Below, piece after piece: positions 1 through 8,380 of a stretch of DNA of 64,000 nt (positions are counted from its first letter, which is position 1; the number at the start of each line of letters is the position of its first letter). The notes below the pieces were generated by a model, which worked only from the letters and a program-made list of their open reading frames with translations, had not been told where the DNA came from and did no database searches. Origin of the DNA: a virus. The stretch lies in IMG/VR virus record IMGVR_UViG_3300037840_000188, positions 76,996 to 140,995 of that record. One strand, 5' to 3'. The position numbers were made by a program, and so were the translations under genes.

Positions 1-308
1 CCAACTCCGGAGTCGAAAAACACCCAAGATGAATTCTCTTTTTTGACTTCTGTATAACGGCACGCCAGCGATTGCCGATCTTGTGGACGCCTTTGTATCC
101 GATTCATGACGACGTTTTCCATAAGGATCAACTTTCCATCCCCATAGCGACAGGCGTGGTAGCTGGCGGTTCTGGCGAGCCAAATAGCTTGCCACTTCCA
201 CTGCATTAAATATTCGTAGTTATGCTCGTCTACAAGCGATGTCATTCCGTTATCGAGCGGAATGCGGTACTCTTTTATTGGCTGGGTTTCCTGCTCATTC
301 AGGTTCAT
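1..308 (-). pseudogene. Degenerate HNH-AP2 homing endonuclease (HNH core missing, AP2 domain out of frame); runs off window
   Basis: ATG at 308 gives ...IPLDNGMTSLVDEHNYEYLMQWKW...ILMENVVM, a typical HNH-AP2 N-terminus. The AP2 motif GYKGVHKIGNRWRAVIQKSKKRIHLGCFSTPEL lies in another frame just after a TGA. Confidence 0.6.
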
Positions 309-359
309 GTGGTCGCGCTCCAACGCGAGTTACAACTCAGCCATTATATCACACTTGGA

Positions 360-2345
360 TCAACCCGATGTTGCTATTGTGGGTCCATTTGCATTCTGCT
401 TGAGACTTGGTGGGGCTTGGTCTGTCTGCTTCCGACCCGCCGAGTTCGCGATTAAGCCTATCCCGAGTTGCTGCTGAAGTGCCAGCCGACCAATTTCATC
501 AGCAGGGATTTTTAATCCAGGAGGAGAAAAATTATCTCTTCCCGCAGCTTCCATGAGAGAAAAAACGGATAAATATCCCATTTTAGCCAACATAAAGTCC
601 TGAAGGAGCTCCTGCTGCCCGGCAGAATTAAGCAACGAAGATGGCGCGAATTTAAATGCAAACGACGCAAGCATTGCCTTCGCTCTTTCATACAGCGGTC
701 GCGGTCCATCAGACATAAAAGCATCCAGCGTCGAGCCCACGTCACCAGGCTCCCCATCCGGCACATCATCTGGAATGAAGTTTCCAGCAGAGAAATCATA
801 ATCCTCTGCTGTTACTGCGTCTGGACCAAACTTCATTAACCGCTTGGAAAGTGTATCGAATTCAGCAATACAATATAAAAATTGTTCGCTAAATTCCTTC
901 ATAAACCCTTCCAGAATCCTTGATCTTAAACGGATTCCAGGCGTTTGAAACTTGGCGATGGTATCGAGTGTATCGTCGGATGGTATCTGATTTAACGACG
1001 CCATTCCCTGAATATTCGCCGTCCCTGCCGCCTCCCGCATCCATTCTTCGAGCTTCTCGATATGCGTCCAGATTGACTGCGGAAGAGTAGGCGGATTAAC
1101 GATCTGAATTCCCTTCCCAGAAGCCGGATTAGATCTCACTTTATATCCGGCGACCGCCGAATTAAACTTAGTAAACTCGCTGCGGGAAACATTGCGATCC
1201 GCAATAGCACCAGGCTGCGCAATTTGAGCGGCATTATTATCCACCACTCGACACAGACCGTTCAGCGACTCATTAAGCGGAAGAAGGTCCCAGAGCGGGG
1301 CCTTCCCCAAGAACGACATCGGCCACGGATTCAACGTGAGCTTGATGAGGGGATATTGACCATGCCAGTACGGCGACGTATCGTCATAAAGCATGACGCC
1401 GTTTGACCATACAATCATCCGCTTAAACGGGTAGAGCGGCATCCCGGGCTTGACCTTGTATGACCATTGATTCTGCCCGACTAGTTCGCCTTTTTCGTTT
1501 TTCTCCCAACCCCCCATGTAGACATCGTGTTTATATGGATTAGTGCGCGGGTCGTCCAGATAGAGGGTACGCAGAAAGCACGTGGGAGTCTTTGGAATTG
1601 GGGCGTCTGCATGCTTCCGGTCTGGAGATAACGGCCCAGTAACCGAACTCTTGCCGGTAACTGCCCCCACTGCGTGAAGAAACCACCCGAAGATAGATTG
1701 CCCGCCAACGTTAGGGGCTACGTCTTTTCCGTACTCTGATTTAATCCATGCTGGAGTTTTTGCCTGATTGAGGATGACGCCCTCAGCATCCTGAAGGGTG
1801 TGATACGAGATGGGTCCGATTGGAATTACGTTTCGTGGATCGACGGCATCCACCATCATGTCATTCAGGCGGCGGGAGTAATACAAGTGGGCATAGCCCG
1901 TACCGCAACACGTGTAGTATCGAATTACATCACTGATCCGCAGGTCGATGCAGCGCTGCGTATACCAAGCCGAAGCTTCTTTATTGGATATTCTAGCCTG
2001 ATTTTCGTACTTGGGATTATTCGTGGAGTAGTTCCAAAACACCCGTGCGTCGGTCAGCATCGCCGTGATATCTTCAGCGGTAATTGCCACCTTGTTGACC
2101 CGAGTGTTACTCAGGGGGCGCGGCGTCGGAGCATAACTGGCATTCGATGAGGTCTTTTCGTAAGCGAAAATCGCCCCGATGGTCTTGTCGATCTTGTCGT
2201 ACCCAACCTGCGCCTCAATAAACTCCTGCCCCTGTTTAAGGCGAGCCTCGCACCAGCTGATGATCGCGTAATCCCGCGTCCCCGGCTTAGCAGGATCGGG
2301 CTCAGGCAGAGGCGGCAAATCAAAGTCAGGCATTGCCTCTATCAT
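360..2345 (-). CDS. Phage portal protein (P22-like)
   Basis: 661 aa; GTGYAHLYY...VDAVDPRNVIP and YWHGQYPLI...LLPLNESLN segments resemble this portal class; lies downstream of the terminase on the same strand. Confidence 0.7.
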   Translation of the reverse strand: MIEAMPDFDLPPLPEPDPAKPGTRDYAIISWCEARLKQGQEFIEAQVGYDKIDKTIGAIFAYEKTSSNASYAPTPRPLSNTRVNKVAITAEDITAMLTDARVFWNYSTNNPKYENQARISNKEASAWYTQRCIDLRISDVIRYYTCCGTGYAHLYYSRRLNDMMVDAVDPRNVIPIGPISYHTLQDAEGVILNQAKTPAWIKSEYGKDVAPNVGGQSIFGWFLHAVGAVTGKSSVTGPLSPDRKHADAPIPKTPTCFLRTLYLDDPRTNPYKHDVYMGGWEKNEKGELVGQNQWSYKVKPGMPLYPFKRMIVWSNGVMLYDDTSPYWHGQYPLIKLTLNPWPMSFLGKAPLWDLLPLNESLNGLCRVVDNNAAQIAQPGAIADRNVSRSEFTKFNSAVAGYKVRSNPASGKGIQIVNPPTLPQSIWTHIEKLEEWMREAAGTANIQGMASLNQIPSDDTLDTIAKFQTPGIRLRSRILEGFMKEFSEQFLYCIAEFDTLSKRLMKFGPDAVTAEDYDFSAGNFIPDDVPDGEPGDVGSTLDAFMSDGPRPLYERAKAMLASFAFKFAPSSLLNSAGQQELLQDFMLAKMGYLSVFSLMEAAGRDNFSPPGLKIPADEIGRLALQQQLGIGLIANSAGRKQTDQAPPSLKQNANGPTIATSG

Positions 2346-2378
2346 ACGGCAAGTCGTGCCGAATCACCCAATTGCGAT

Positions 2379-2711
2379 ATGCTGGAGAGAATGAACTGGC
2401 CAGTCATCGGCTCATGGATCGTTGCGTTTGCCACGAAACATGAAGAAGCTCTCGGACTTTTCGCGCTCGCCATGGCTGTGACGATGCGGCCAAAATTACC
2501 GTGGCCTTTCGCCCTGATCGAGCCACTCGAATGGCTTTACGAATGGGTACGGGACGGCCTGCTCACATTCGTGTCGATGCGCGGCCCAGCGCATTCAGAA
2601 GCAAGCGTAGAGAAAACCACGAAGTCCATCATAGACCAAACTGGCAAGACAACCGAGGTCACCTCTTCAATCAAGGCCGAAGAGGGAACGCACGAGGAGT
2701 CAGCGAAATGA
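2379..2711 (+). CDS. Small membrane protein, holin-like
   Basis: 110 aa with hydrophobic N-terminal half and charged C-terminal tail. Confidence 0.4.
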   Translation: MLERMNWPVIGSWIVAFATKHEEALGLFALAMAVTMRPKLPWPFALIEPLEWLYEWVRDGLLTFVSMRGPAHSEASVEKTTKSIIDQTGKTTEVTSSIKAEEGTHEESAK

Positions 2712-3244
2712 TGCGATTGATTCTCATTCTGGCAGTCTCCTCAGTCGCCCTCGCCGACTCCAAATCAGACAGAGACCGCATTGCTGAACTCAATCGCCAG
2801 AACGCGGATCTGATCCAGCAGATAAAAGCCTCGATAGCAGGAAATCAATCCGAACTTCTCAAGCTCCGCGCCCAGGTCGCCGCGCGGTCGAAAGATGCTG
2901 CTTCTCTCGCGGCCTCCGGTCGCTCTGAGGCAAAGGCAACAGCGAGCGGCCAGTCCGATGCCATTGCAACCGTACAGCAGTCCACGGATGCCATCCAGCT
3001 CCAGATCGCGCAACTGAAGGCAGCGAGTCCGGTCAATTCAGTTCCAGTGTGGCTCGCGGCAATAGCTCTGATCGGGACGTTTTTCGGAACGCTCGGCACC
3101 GTGATACTCGCAATCATCAATCACACGAAAACGAGCGTCATTGAACAGCATGTCAACGGCATGGTAGAGAAGATGGGTGCGGCACGGGAACAAAAAGGCC
3201 GTGACGATGCGCGCGCCGAGGACAGAGAAGTTCGTGGTGGATGA
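2708..3244 (+). CDS. Signal peptide + coiled coil + C-terminal TM protein
   Basis: Start at ATG 2708 overlaps the upstream stop (MMRLILILAVSSVALA); TM segment VWLAAIALIGTFFGTLGTVILAII. Confidence 0.55.
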   Translation: MMRLILILAVSSVALADSKSDRDRIAELNRQNADLIQQIKASIAGNQSELLKLRAQVAARSKDAASLAASGRSEAKATASGQSDAIATVQQSTDAIQLQIAQLKAASPVNSVPVWLAAIALIGTFFGTLGTVILAIINHTKTSVIEQHVNGMVEKMGAAREQKGRDDARAEDREVRGG

Positions 3245-3448
3245 TGGACGGCGACGAGATAGGGCGTGCGGAAGAGGTCTATCAGTTTGTGTCGGAGCTA
3301 GCGGACGCGCTCCAGGACGCGCTGGAGATGGTGGATTCAGGACCACACAGCAGAGAGTCTGTGCTTCAGGAGTTTGCAGCACGGCTGGTGCTTATGATGC
3401 GCTCGAATAGCGAGTAGAATCAGCGGACGGGCAGTGGCGTGCTCTTAG

Positions 3449-3676
3449 GTGGGGGAGGTGGTGCGCATGCAGACCAGGAAAGCCAGTCCTCCGGCTGAGC
3501 AAGCTAAGGAGTTAGAGCGTCGCGTCAAGGCTCTCGAAGATCGACTCGCAGCAGGGCCAGGCGCTCAGGGACGTCCCGGCGAGAAGGGTGCCCGGGGCGA
3601 GAAGGGCGACACTGGCGAGTCTGGAAATCGCGGAGCAGAAGGACCACGGGGTCCTGGGTTTTGGGGAGGGGAATAA
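3449..3676 (+). CDS. Short coiled-coil + collagen-like (Gly-X-Y) protein
   Basis: GAQGRPGEKGARGEKGDTGESGNRGAEGPRGPG. Confidence 0.6.
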   Translation: MGEVVRMQTRKASPPAEQAKELERRVKALEDRLAAGPGAQGRPGEKGARGEKGDTGESGNRGAEGPRGPGFWGGE

Positions 3677-3679
3677 ATC

Positions 3680-3895
3680 ATGGAAACGTTGATCTATGTA
3701 TTGATCTGTATTGTCATATTCTGCATTCTTGCCTATGGGCTGCTTTGGGTCTGCGGCAAATTCTTCCCGGAATTTCCGCCCGCCCGCTGGATTTGCGGAG
3801 CCATCCTACTGATCGTTTTGCTTATTTTTGCGGCCAGTCAATTTGGTGGTGGAAGCGGCGTTCACTTCCCTGAATTTCGACACGATTCGCGTTAG
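3680..3895 (+). CDS. Small two-TM membrane protein
   Basis: Two hydrophobic helices; GGAGG upstream. Confidence 0.6.
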   Translation: METLIYVLICIVIFCILAYGLLWVCGKFFPEFPPARWICGAILLIVLLIFAASQFGGGSGVHFPEFRHDSR

Positions 3896-4158
3896 CGCGG
3901 CGCGAGGAAGCAGTGAATCTTGCGGCCTTCGGTGCGAGTGCAGAGACGCCAGTCGCCCTTGTGGATACGTTGACCGGCGGTGAGAATTGTGGAGCGGAAG
4001 GAGGGAACCGTGAGATTGGTGGGGGTAACGACTTCCAGTTGCTGGCCCGGCTCAAGAGCCTTTAACTGGGAATTCAAACCGGACCAGTCGGATCGTTGTC
4101 TGGGGATATCCAGAAGTTCACTGACCCGACCGATCCTGGTTCGAAGAGGACTCGCCAT
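3892..4158 (-). CDS. Hypothetical protein, last gene of Ro60-like operon
   Basis: 88 aa; starts immediately after the TAG of the upstream gene. Confidence 0.55.
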   Translation of the reverse strand: MASPLRTRIGRVSELLDIPRQRSDWSGLNSQLKALEPGQQLEVVTPTNLTVPSFRSTILTAGQRIHKGDWRLCTRTEGRKIHCFLAPR

Positions 4159-4503
4159 CTACCGCCCGGTTTTCGCCGGTGTGAGGCCGAGCTTGTTCTG
4201 GAGAGCCGCCATCTTCTTGACAGCTTCAGTCTTGCGCTCGCTCGTGGTCTTGTAACCCTCAAGCTCTGCTTCGATACGCTTCAGCTCTGCCATATCGGCA
4301 GCGCGAGTGCGACGGTCGATCTCATCACGCAGAACGGTGGTCGACTTCTCCAACCATTCCGGCGCGGAGATCTGAAGGTGGCCGTACTCATTCTCCAGAT
4401 TGCGCGCGTAGGCCGATAGCGTCACCGCTTCGTCCATATCAAGAACGCGATCCAGATTCAGATTCTTCAATGCCTGTAACATTGCTTTAATCCTTTCTAC
4501 CAC
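4159..4503 (-). CDS. Helical/coiled-coil hypothetical protein in Ro60-like operon
   Basis: 114 aa; begins 5 nt after the HNH stop. Confidence 0.6.
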   Translation of the reverse strand: MVERIKAMLQALKNLNLDRVLDMDEAVTLSAYARNLENEYGHLQISAPEWLEKSTTVLRDEIDRRTRAADMAELKRIEAELEGYKTTSERKTEAVKKMAALQNKLGLTPAKTGR

Positions 4504-4508
4504 GAAGC

Positions 4509-5102
4509 TCAGCGCGAGCGCGGCTTGGCAGTTATTTTTCGCAAATCATTCAAGCGCTCGACGAGCGCCTCGTTAGCCAGGTAAGTCTTGTAATTTATCT
4601 CATCCGGCTGATTTAGATAATGCATATCCGAGGAAACACGACCATATTCGGATGAGGCTATCCACGCCGAATATTCCATGCTCCCCCGAAGCTTATTACA
4701 GCGACGGCAGGCGCTAACTAGATTGTCCTCAGCCGTCGCCCCACCATCCTCCCAGAGAATTACGTGATCCACCGTTAATGGCTTTTCTTGACCACAGTAC
4801 CTACACCGAAAGTGATCTCTCCGAAAGACATTCCAGCTGACGAACTGATCTATCTGCCGCTGGCTCTTTCGAAGAATCGCCTTTCCCGGCCCTCGCACAT
4901 CGAGCACGTCGGACTGATTCAGGAAGCGCTCCCACTGAGCGGTGTCCATCACGAGCAGTTCGTGCTCGCCCGCGAGGTCTTCGTCTGGTAACGGGACGAG
5001 ATACACTTTCCCGTTACCAGTCCAGATCGCACCGCCGAGTTGAATCGTGTGGCCGACTTCGAGGATGTCGAGGTCGGCTAACGTCACCTGAGTGGCGGTC
5101 AT
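4509..5102 (-). CDS. HNH endonuclease with N-terminal extension
   Basis: RRDHFRCRYCG...LTVDHVILWEDGG...DNLVSACRRCN; ATGA overlap with the TROVE gene. Confidence 0.85.
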   Translation of the reverse strand: MTATQVTLADLDILEVGHTIQLGGAIWTGNGKVYLVPLPDEDLAGEHELLVMDTAQWERFLNQSDVLDVRGPGKAILRKSQRQIDQFVSWNVFRRDHFRCRYCGQEKPLTVDHVILWEDGGATAEDNLVSACRRCNKLRGSMEYSAWIASSEYGRVSSDMHYLNQPDEINYKTYLANEALVERLNDLRKITAKPRSR

Positions 5103-6619
5103 GCCGCCACCAACTCACGAACGCCGAGCACCTGATCGAGGGTCAACAGAGGGCACGACATGATCTTTTCAACGACACCAAACCGAGAGGCGTTCATCGA
5201 CTGTACGAGGTTTGGCAGCGCATAGTAGTCGGTCCCATTCGTCAGATCATATTCCGTGAACTGCAACCCAGCCGCTGCCATTGCGGCTCCAAACAGACGC
5301 GGACTTCCATTGCCCATCGCGTACCGAGCATCAACAAATGTCCGGTACAGGTAAACCGGAACCTGCTTGTCCGTCTGGCGCTTGAAATGTTGATACGCCG
5401 TCGCGAACATCGGGTGACTGTTCTCGCCTCCATCGCCCACGATTGCGATCCCATCGATATTAAGCTTCTTGTCGAGCGCCCAAGCGAGGCCAACGCCATA
5501 CGAAGTACCACCGCTGGCGAAGATGAACTTCGTCTGCCCTTTGATCTCGTCAAGCGTCTTGCCGGTTACCTCGATAGGAGTCACGTCCGTATTGCAGAAA
5601 ACAAGCCATACGCGGCCCGTCACAAACTTCGCAATAGCAGCACCGATGTGCGCTCCGAGTTCAATAGCCTGCTCCTGCGACTGGCTGCGATCCACGATCA
5701 CAAGCCAATCACCCTCAATCCCCCGCCCCGCATCCTTCTGAGCCTGAATCTGACGCTCCTGGAGTTCGCGAAGCATGGTCTTCAATCCCTTGTCCTCGAC
5801 TTCATCAGCCGCGACCGAGGTCTTGAGCGTTGCCTTATTGCTCTTCGTCGCCTTCGCAACTTTCTTTCGGAAGGTGTCCTTCAGCGCGGCATCTCGCGAG
5901 AGACCCTTCTTTTCGAGGCTCTTTGCCCGCGTCACGACCTCGGTATCGCTCATTTGGTCCATACCGGCCTGAACGACCTCTGAGGCCTGCTGCGTGGCCT
6001 TTGCGCCAGTCATGGCACCACTGACCACCAGTGGAGACAAATGCCACTTCTGGATCGTTGCAGCAACCTGTGCCGGGGTCATCTTCGAGAGATTCTTGAT
6101 GTCGGCGAAGATCGTACCCTGCGCCGGATTGCCGTTGAACAGCACATCCGCAGCGAAAGCTGGAATCTTCGCATGAGTCAGCGCGTACAGCGACTTCAAA
6201 CTGCGCCGGTGGCGAGCCGCGAGGCGGTTCCATTTGCCCGGCTCGGCAGCCTTGGCGTCGAGATAAGAATGGATCATCCGTTTGATCGCCGTATCGCGAC
6301 GGCGGGCCAAATTAAGTGTGGCCGAGAAGCGGAGCGCGCGAAGAATTTCGCGCGGCGACTGCATCGCCAGATGCGCCAGCGAGTTCTCGACAAGCTCATC
6401 GGGAAACTCACGCGTGGCCAGCGTGATCACTGGGAGAGCGATCTTTGTATCCTTTATTTGCCCGTTCGTGAAGTCAAAAGCGATTAAATGGGCGAGAAAT
6501 TCCGGGTCCTGACGGCAGGCTGCGCCGATCACGTTCTGATAGGCGGCGAGGTCTCCGTGAAGGGAAAGATTTAACTTCCCTACGATTTCGTTGCGCGTGA
6601 TTCCGAGTTCTTGTGACAT
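5099..6619 (-). CDS. Ro60/Rsr-like TROVE + vWA RNA-binding protein
   Basis: 506 aa. Helical N-terminal region with QDPEFLAHL...IKD..IALP (TROVE-like). C-terminal vWA MIDAS motifs VIVDRSQS, GGTSY, IVGDGGEN. Adjacent to tRNA-like RNAs. Confidence 0.75.
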   Translation of the reverse strand: MSQELGITRNEIVGKLNLSLHGDLAAYQNVIGAACRQDPEFLAHLIAFDFTNGQIKDTKIALPVITLATREFPDELVENSLAHLAMQSPREILRALRFSATLNLARRRDTAIKRMIHSYLDAKAAEPGKWNRLAARHRRSLKSLYALTHAKIPAFAADVLFNGNPAQGTIFADIKNLSKMTPAQVAATIQKWHLSPLVVSGAMTGAKATQQASEVVQAGMDQMSDTEVVTRAKSLEKKGLSRDAALKDTFRKKVAKATKSNKATLKTSVAADEVEDKGLKTMLRELQERQIQAQKDAGRGIEGDWLVIVDRSQSQEQAIELGAHIGAAIAKFVTGRVWLVFCNTDVTPIEVTGKTLDEIKGQTKFIFASGGTSYGVGLAWALDKKLNIDGIAIVGDGGENSHPMFATAYQHFKRQTDKQVPVYLYRTFVDARYAMGNGSPRLFGAAMAAAGLQFTEYDLTNGTDYYALPNLVQSMNASRFGVVEKIMSCPLLTLDQVLGVRELVAA

Positions 6620-6628
6620 AAAAATAAA

Positions 6629-6797
6629 GGGCGGCGTGTCGATGGACTGTTGCTTTTAGGCAATCACCAAATGATTGTGCCCCGCCGTGGAGCCTCTCCC
6701 CCGTAAGCGCTTTTCAGCAGTTTTATGGGTGGGGGAGGTCGGAATCGAACCGACTGTCTTCTTGCGAAGATGCGTGTAAGTCCGTCAGTTTCCGCCC
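6629..6797 (-). ncRNA. Y-RNA-like unit 1, tRNA module opened at the variable junction
   Basis: Closing GGGCGG/CCGCCC and ACUGACGGAC/GUCCAUCGACA. Inside, in order: hairpin UCUUC-GCAA-GAAGA, T arm GUCGG-UUCGAUU-CCGAC, acceptor CUCCCCC/GGGGGAG, D-like arm GCUC/GGGC, anticodon-like arm CAAUC-AUUUGGU-GAUUG. Confidence 0.75.
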
Positions 6798-6833
6798 TAA
6801 CTTAGTGCCTCAATAAAACGGAGGCGAAATCAA

Positions 6834-7000
6834 AGGAAGCCATGTCGATGCGCTTTGCTGTTATTGGCAAGTCATGCGCTCTACCGCTGAGCTAATCGCT
6901 CACTGGTGAAATCGTTTCCGACTAGTCGACCAGTGAACGATTCTGGATTTGAACCAGAGACCTCATGAATTAAACGTGTATGCGCGTCAGTTTGCTTCCT
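6834..7000 (-). ncRNA. Y-RNA-like unit 2, YrlA-type architecture (opened at the anticodon loop)
   Basis: Closing AGGAAGC/GCUUCCU and ACUGACGCGC/GCGCAUCGACA. Inside: UCAUG, AGGUC, T arm UCUGG-UUCAAAU-CCAGA, acceptor AUCGUUC/GAGCGAU extended by ACUGGU/ACCAGU, D arm UA-GCUC-AGCGGUA-GAGC, CAUGA. Confidence 0.8.
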
Positions 7001-7040
7001 GTCTCGATGAAAGCCGCGTCGTCAGACTCTCGAACTTATT

Positions 7041-7160
7041 CCCGGCATGTCGATGCGCGTTGATCCCTTACGGGAACGGTTGGAGTTGAACCAACTACCT
7101 AAAGCGTTGAAGGCTTTTGCTCTACCAAATGAGCTACGTGTAAGCGCGTCAGTGTCCGGG
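7041..7160 (-). ncRNA. Y-RNA-like unit 3, tRNA arms in normal order, acceptor stem replaced by the conserved helix, anticodon UCA
   Basis: Closing CCCGG/CCGGG and ACUGACGCGC/GCGCAUCGACA. D arm UA-GCUC-AUUUGGUA-GAGC, anticodon arm AAAGC-CUUCAAC-GCUUU, T arm GUUGG-UUCAACU-CCAAC, only a 3-bp acceptor remnant, then UCCC-GUAA-GGGA. Confidence 0.8.
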
Positions 7161-7190
7161 AAAACCTTTCGAACTTGCGTCCGAAACATC

Positions 7191-7221
7191 AGACTACCAC
7201 ATTACCCATGTTACCTGTCAA
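7191..7221 (-). promoter_or_regulatory. Putative sigma70 promoter for the Y-like RNA / Ro60 operon
   Basis: TTGACA-19 nt-TAGTCT with TGn extension and AT-rich sequence upstream; the spacer is long. Confidence 0.45.
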
Positions 7222-7241
7222 GTGATTTCTGAAAATAAATC

Positions 7242-7730
7242 TCAGACCTTAACAGTCAGCACCGGATCTGAATAAGCCTGATCCAGAATCTTCGTCTCCT
7301 GAATGGGCGACCCGACATTCGTCAGCAGCTCCCGCTCCGCCGTAGCCGACCCCTTATCGAAGTGCGACGCCTCATGTACGAGCCCGGTCTTACGCTCGAA
7401 GTCGTTCCGCTTCTGATGGGTGTCAAGCTCGACGCGCTCATATCCCTGCCGCCGGTAGACTTCAGGCATCTGAAGATCGGCACGTGCGGGAATGCGGCGC
7501 TCGCCGGTGCGGGGGTTCATATACACCACGGCGCGTTCGGATGGGTGGATCGAGGAGATGCGGCTTCCACCGTGGGGGGCCGTATGTCCGTGCTTCCCGG
7601 ATTCATCCTGGCAATATGGCCAGGACCCTACCGGGCGCGGTCGGCCACATGAAGGACACAGATCAACAACACCAGCAGGAGCAGGGGGAGATTCTCGCGA
7701 TTGAGCAGAAATTTCATTGACGGAAGTCAT
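7242..7730 (-). CDS. Hypothetical protein with CxxC
   Basis: ORF 7242..7766; likely start ATG 7730; CPSCG...WPYC...HGH. Confidence 0.55.
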   Translation of the reverse strand: MTSVNEISAQSRESPPAPAGVVDLCPSCGRPRPVGSWPYCQDESGKHGHTAPHGGSRISSIHPSERAVVYMNPRTGERRIPARADLQMPEVYRRQGYERVELDTHQKRNDFERKTGLVHEASHFDKGSATAERELLTNVGSPIQETKILDQAYSDPVLTVKV

Positions 7731-8074
7731 TAGATTAGCACGCACACTTCCCAAACCTCTCCGCACACCGACACAGATTGCACCTGCAATCCCGAGATCG
7801 CGCTATCCACGGCGACATCAGGATGGCGCTGAAGAGCAACGCAAGACCGAGGAGAGCAAGTAACGTGGGGCGAGTCAGGGTCATGTCCGCGAAGGCGTAA
7901 GCCGCCCGGTGACCACGGCAAATGCCGCTAGATCGTCCTCGTCTTTGATCGAGACGTTCACGCCGCCGAGGTCCACATCCATGTAATCTTTCTTCGTTAC
8001 TGGATCGATCTGCGGGGAGACCCGTACGACTTGATCGAGATTCAGGAGTTGGCCGGTTTTTAGCTTAAAGAGGG

Positions 8075-8380
8075 TCAATACGTCGCTCCGTACAGCGCAG
8101 GCCGGATCACAGTGCTCCACGTGAATTCGCTCACCGAGACGCCCTGCGAGCGGTTCTTTAGTCGCTTCAGTACGTCTGGCGGGATGATAATTCTCGCAAC
8201 ACCTTCGCCATTCGGCATTTCCTCGATAGAGCATTCAGGGCAGACTGGCTTCGGCTTCGCCTGGCGTGGGGCTGGTGCGCCCTCGGGGGCTTCTTCGACT
8301 CGCTCCGCTTGCGGGAGCGGTATTGCGGATTGCTTGACTGGGGGGCGGAGGACTGTTGGCTTTTCGGCTGCTGTACTCAT
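8075..8380 (-). CDS. Hypothetical protein
   Basis: ATG at 8380 overlaps the upstream TAA; GGAG upstream. Confidence 0.5.
   Translation of the reverse strand: MSTAAEKPTVLRPPVKQSAIPLPQAERVEEAPEGAPAPRQAKPKPVCPECSIEEMPNGEGVARIIIPPDVLKRLKNRSQGVSVSEFTWSTVIRPALYGATY

Noticed and set aside
6629-7160. Ordinary tRNA gene cluster
   Set aside because: Two modules are permuted and the third lacks an acceptor stem and CCA; none is a standard tRNA.
6629-7160. CRISPR array or hammerhead ribozymes
   Set aside because: The repeats are bipartite paired motifs around structured inserts and no cas genes are present. CUGAC lacks the CUGANGA/GAAA hammerhead core.
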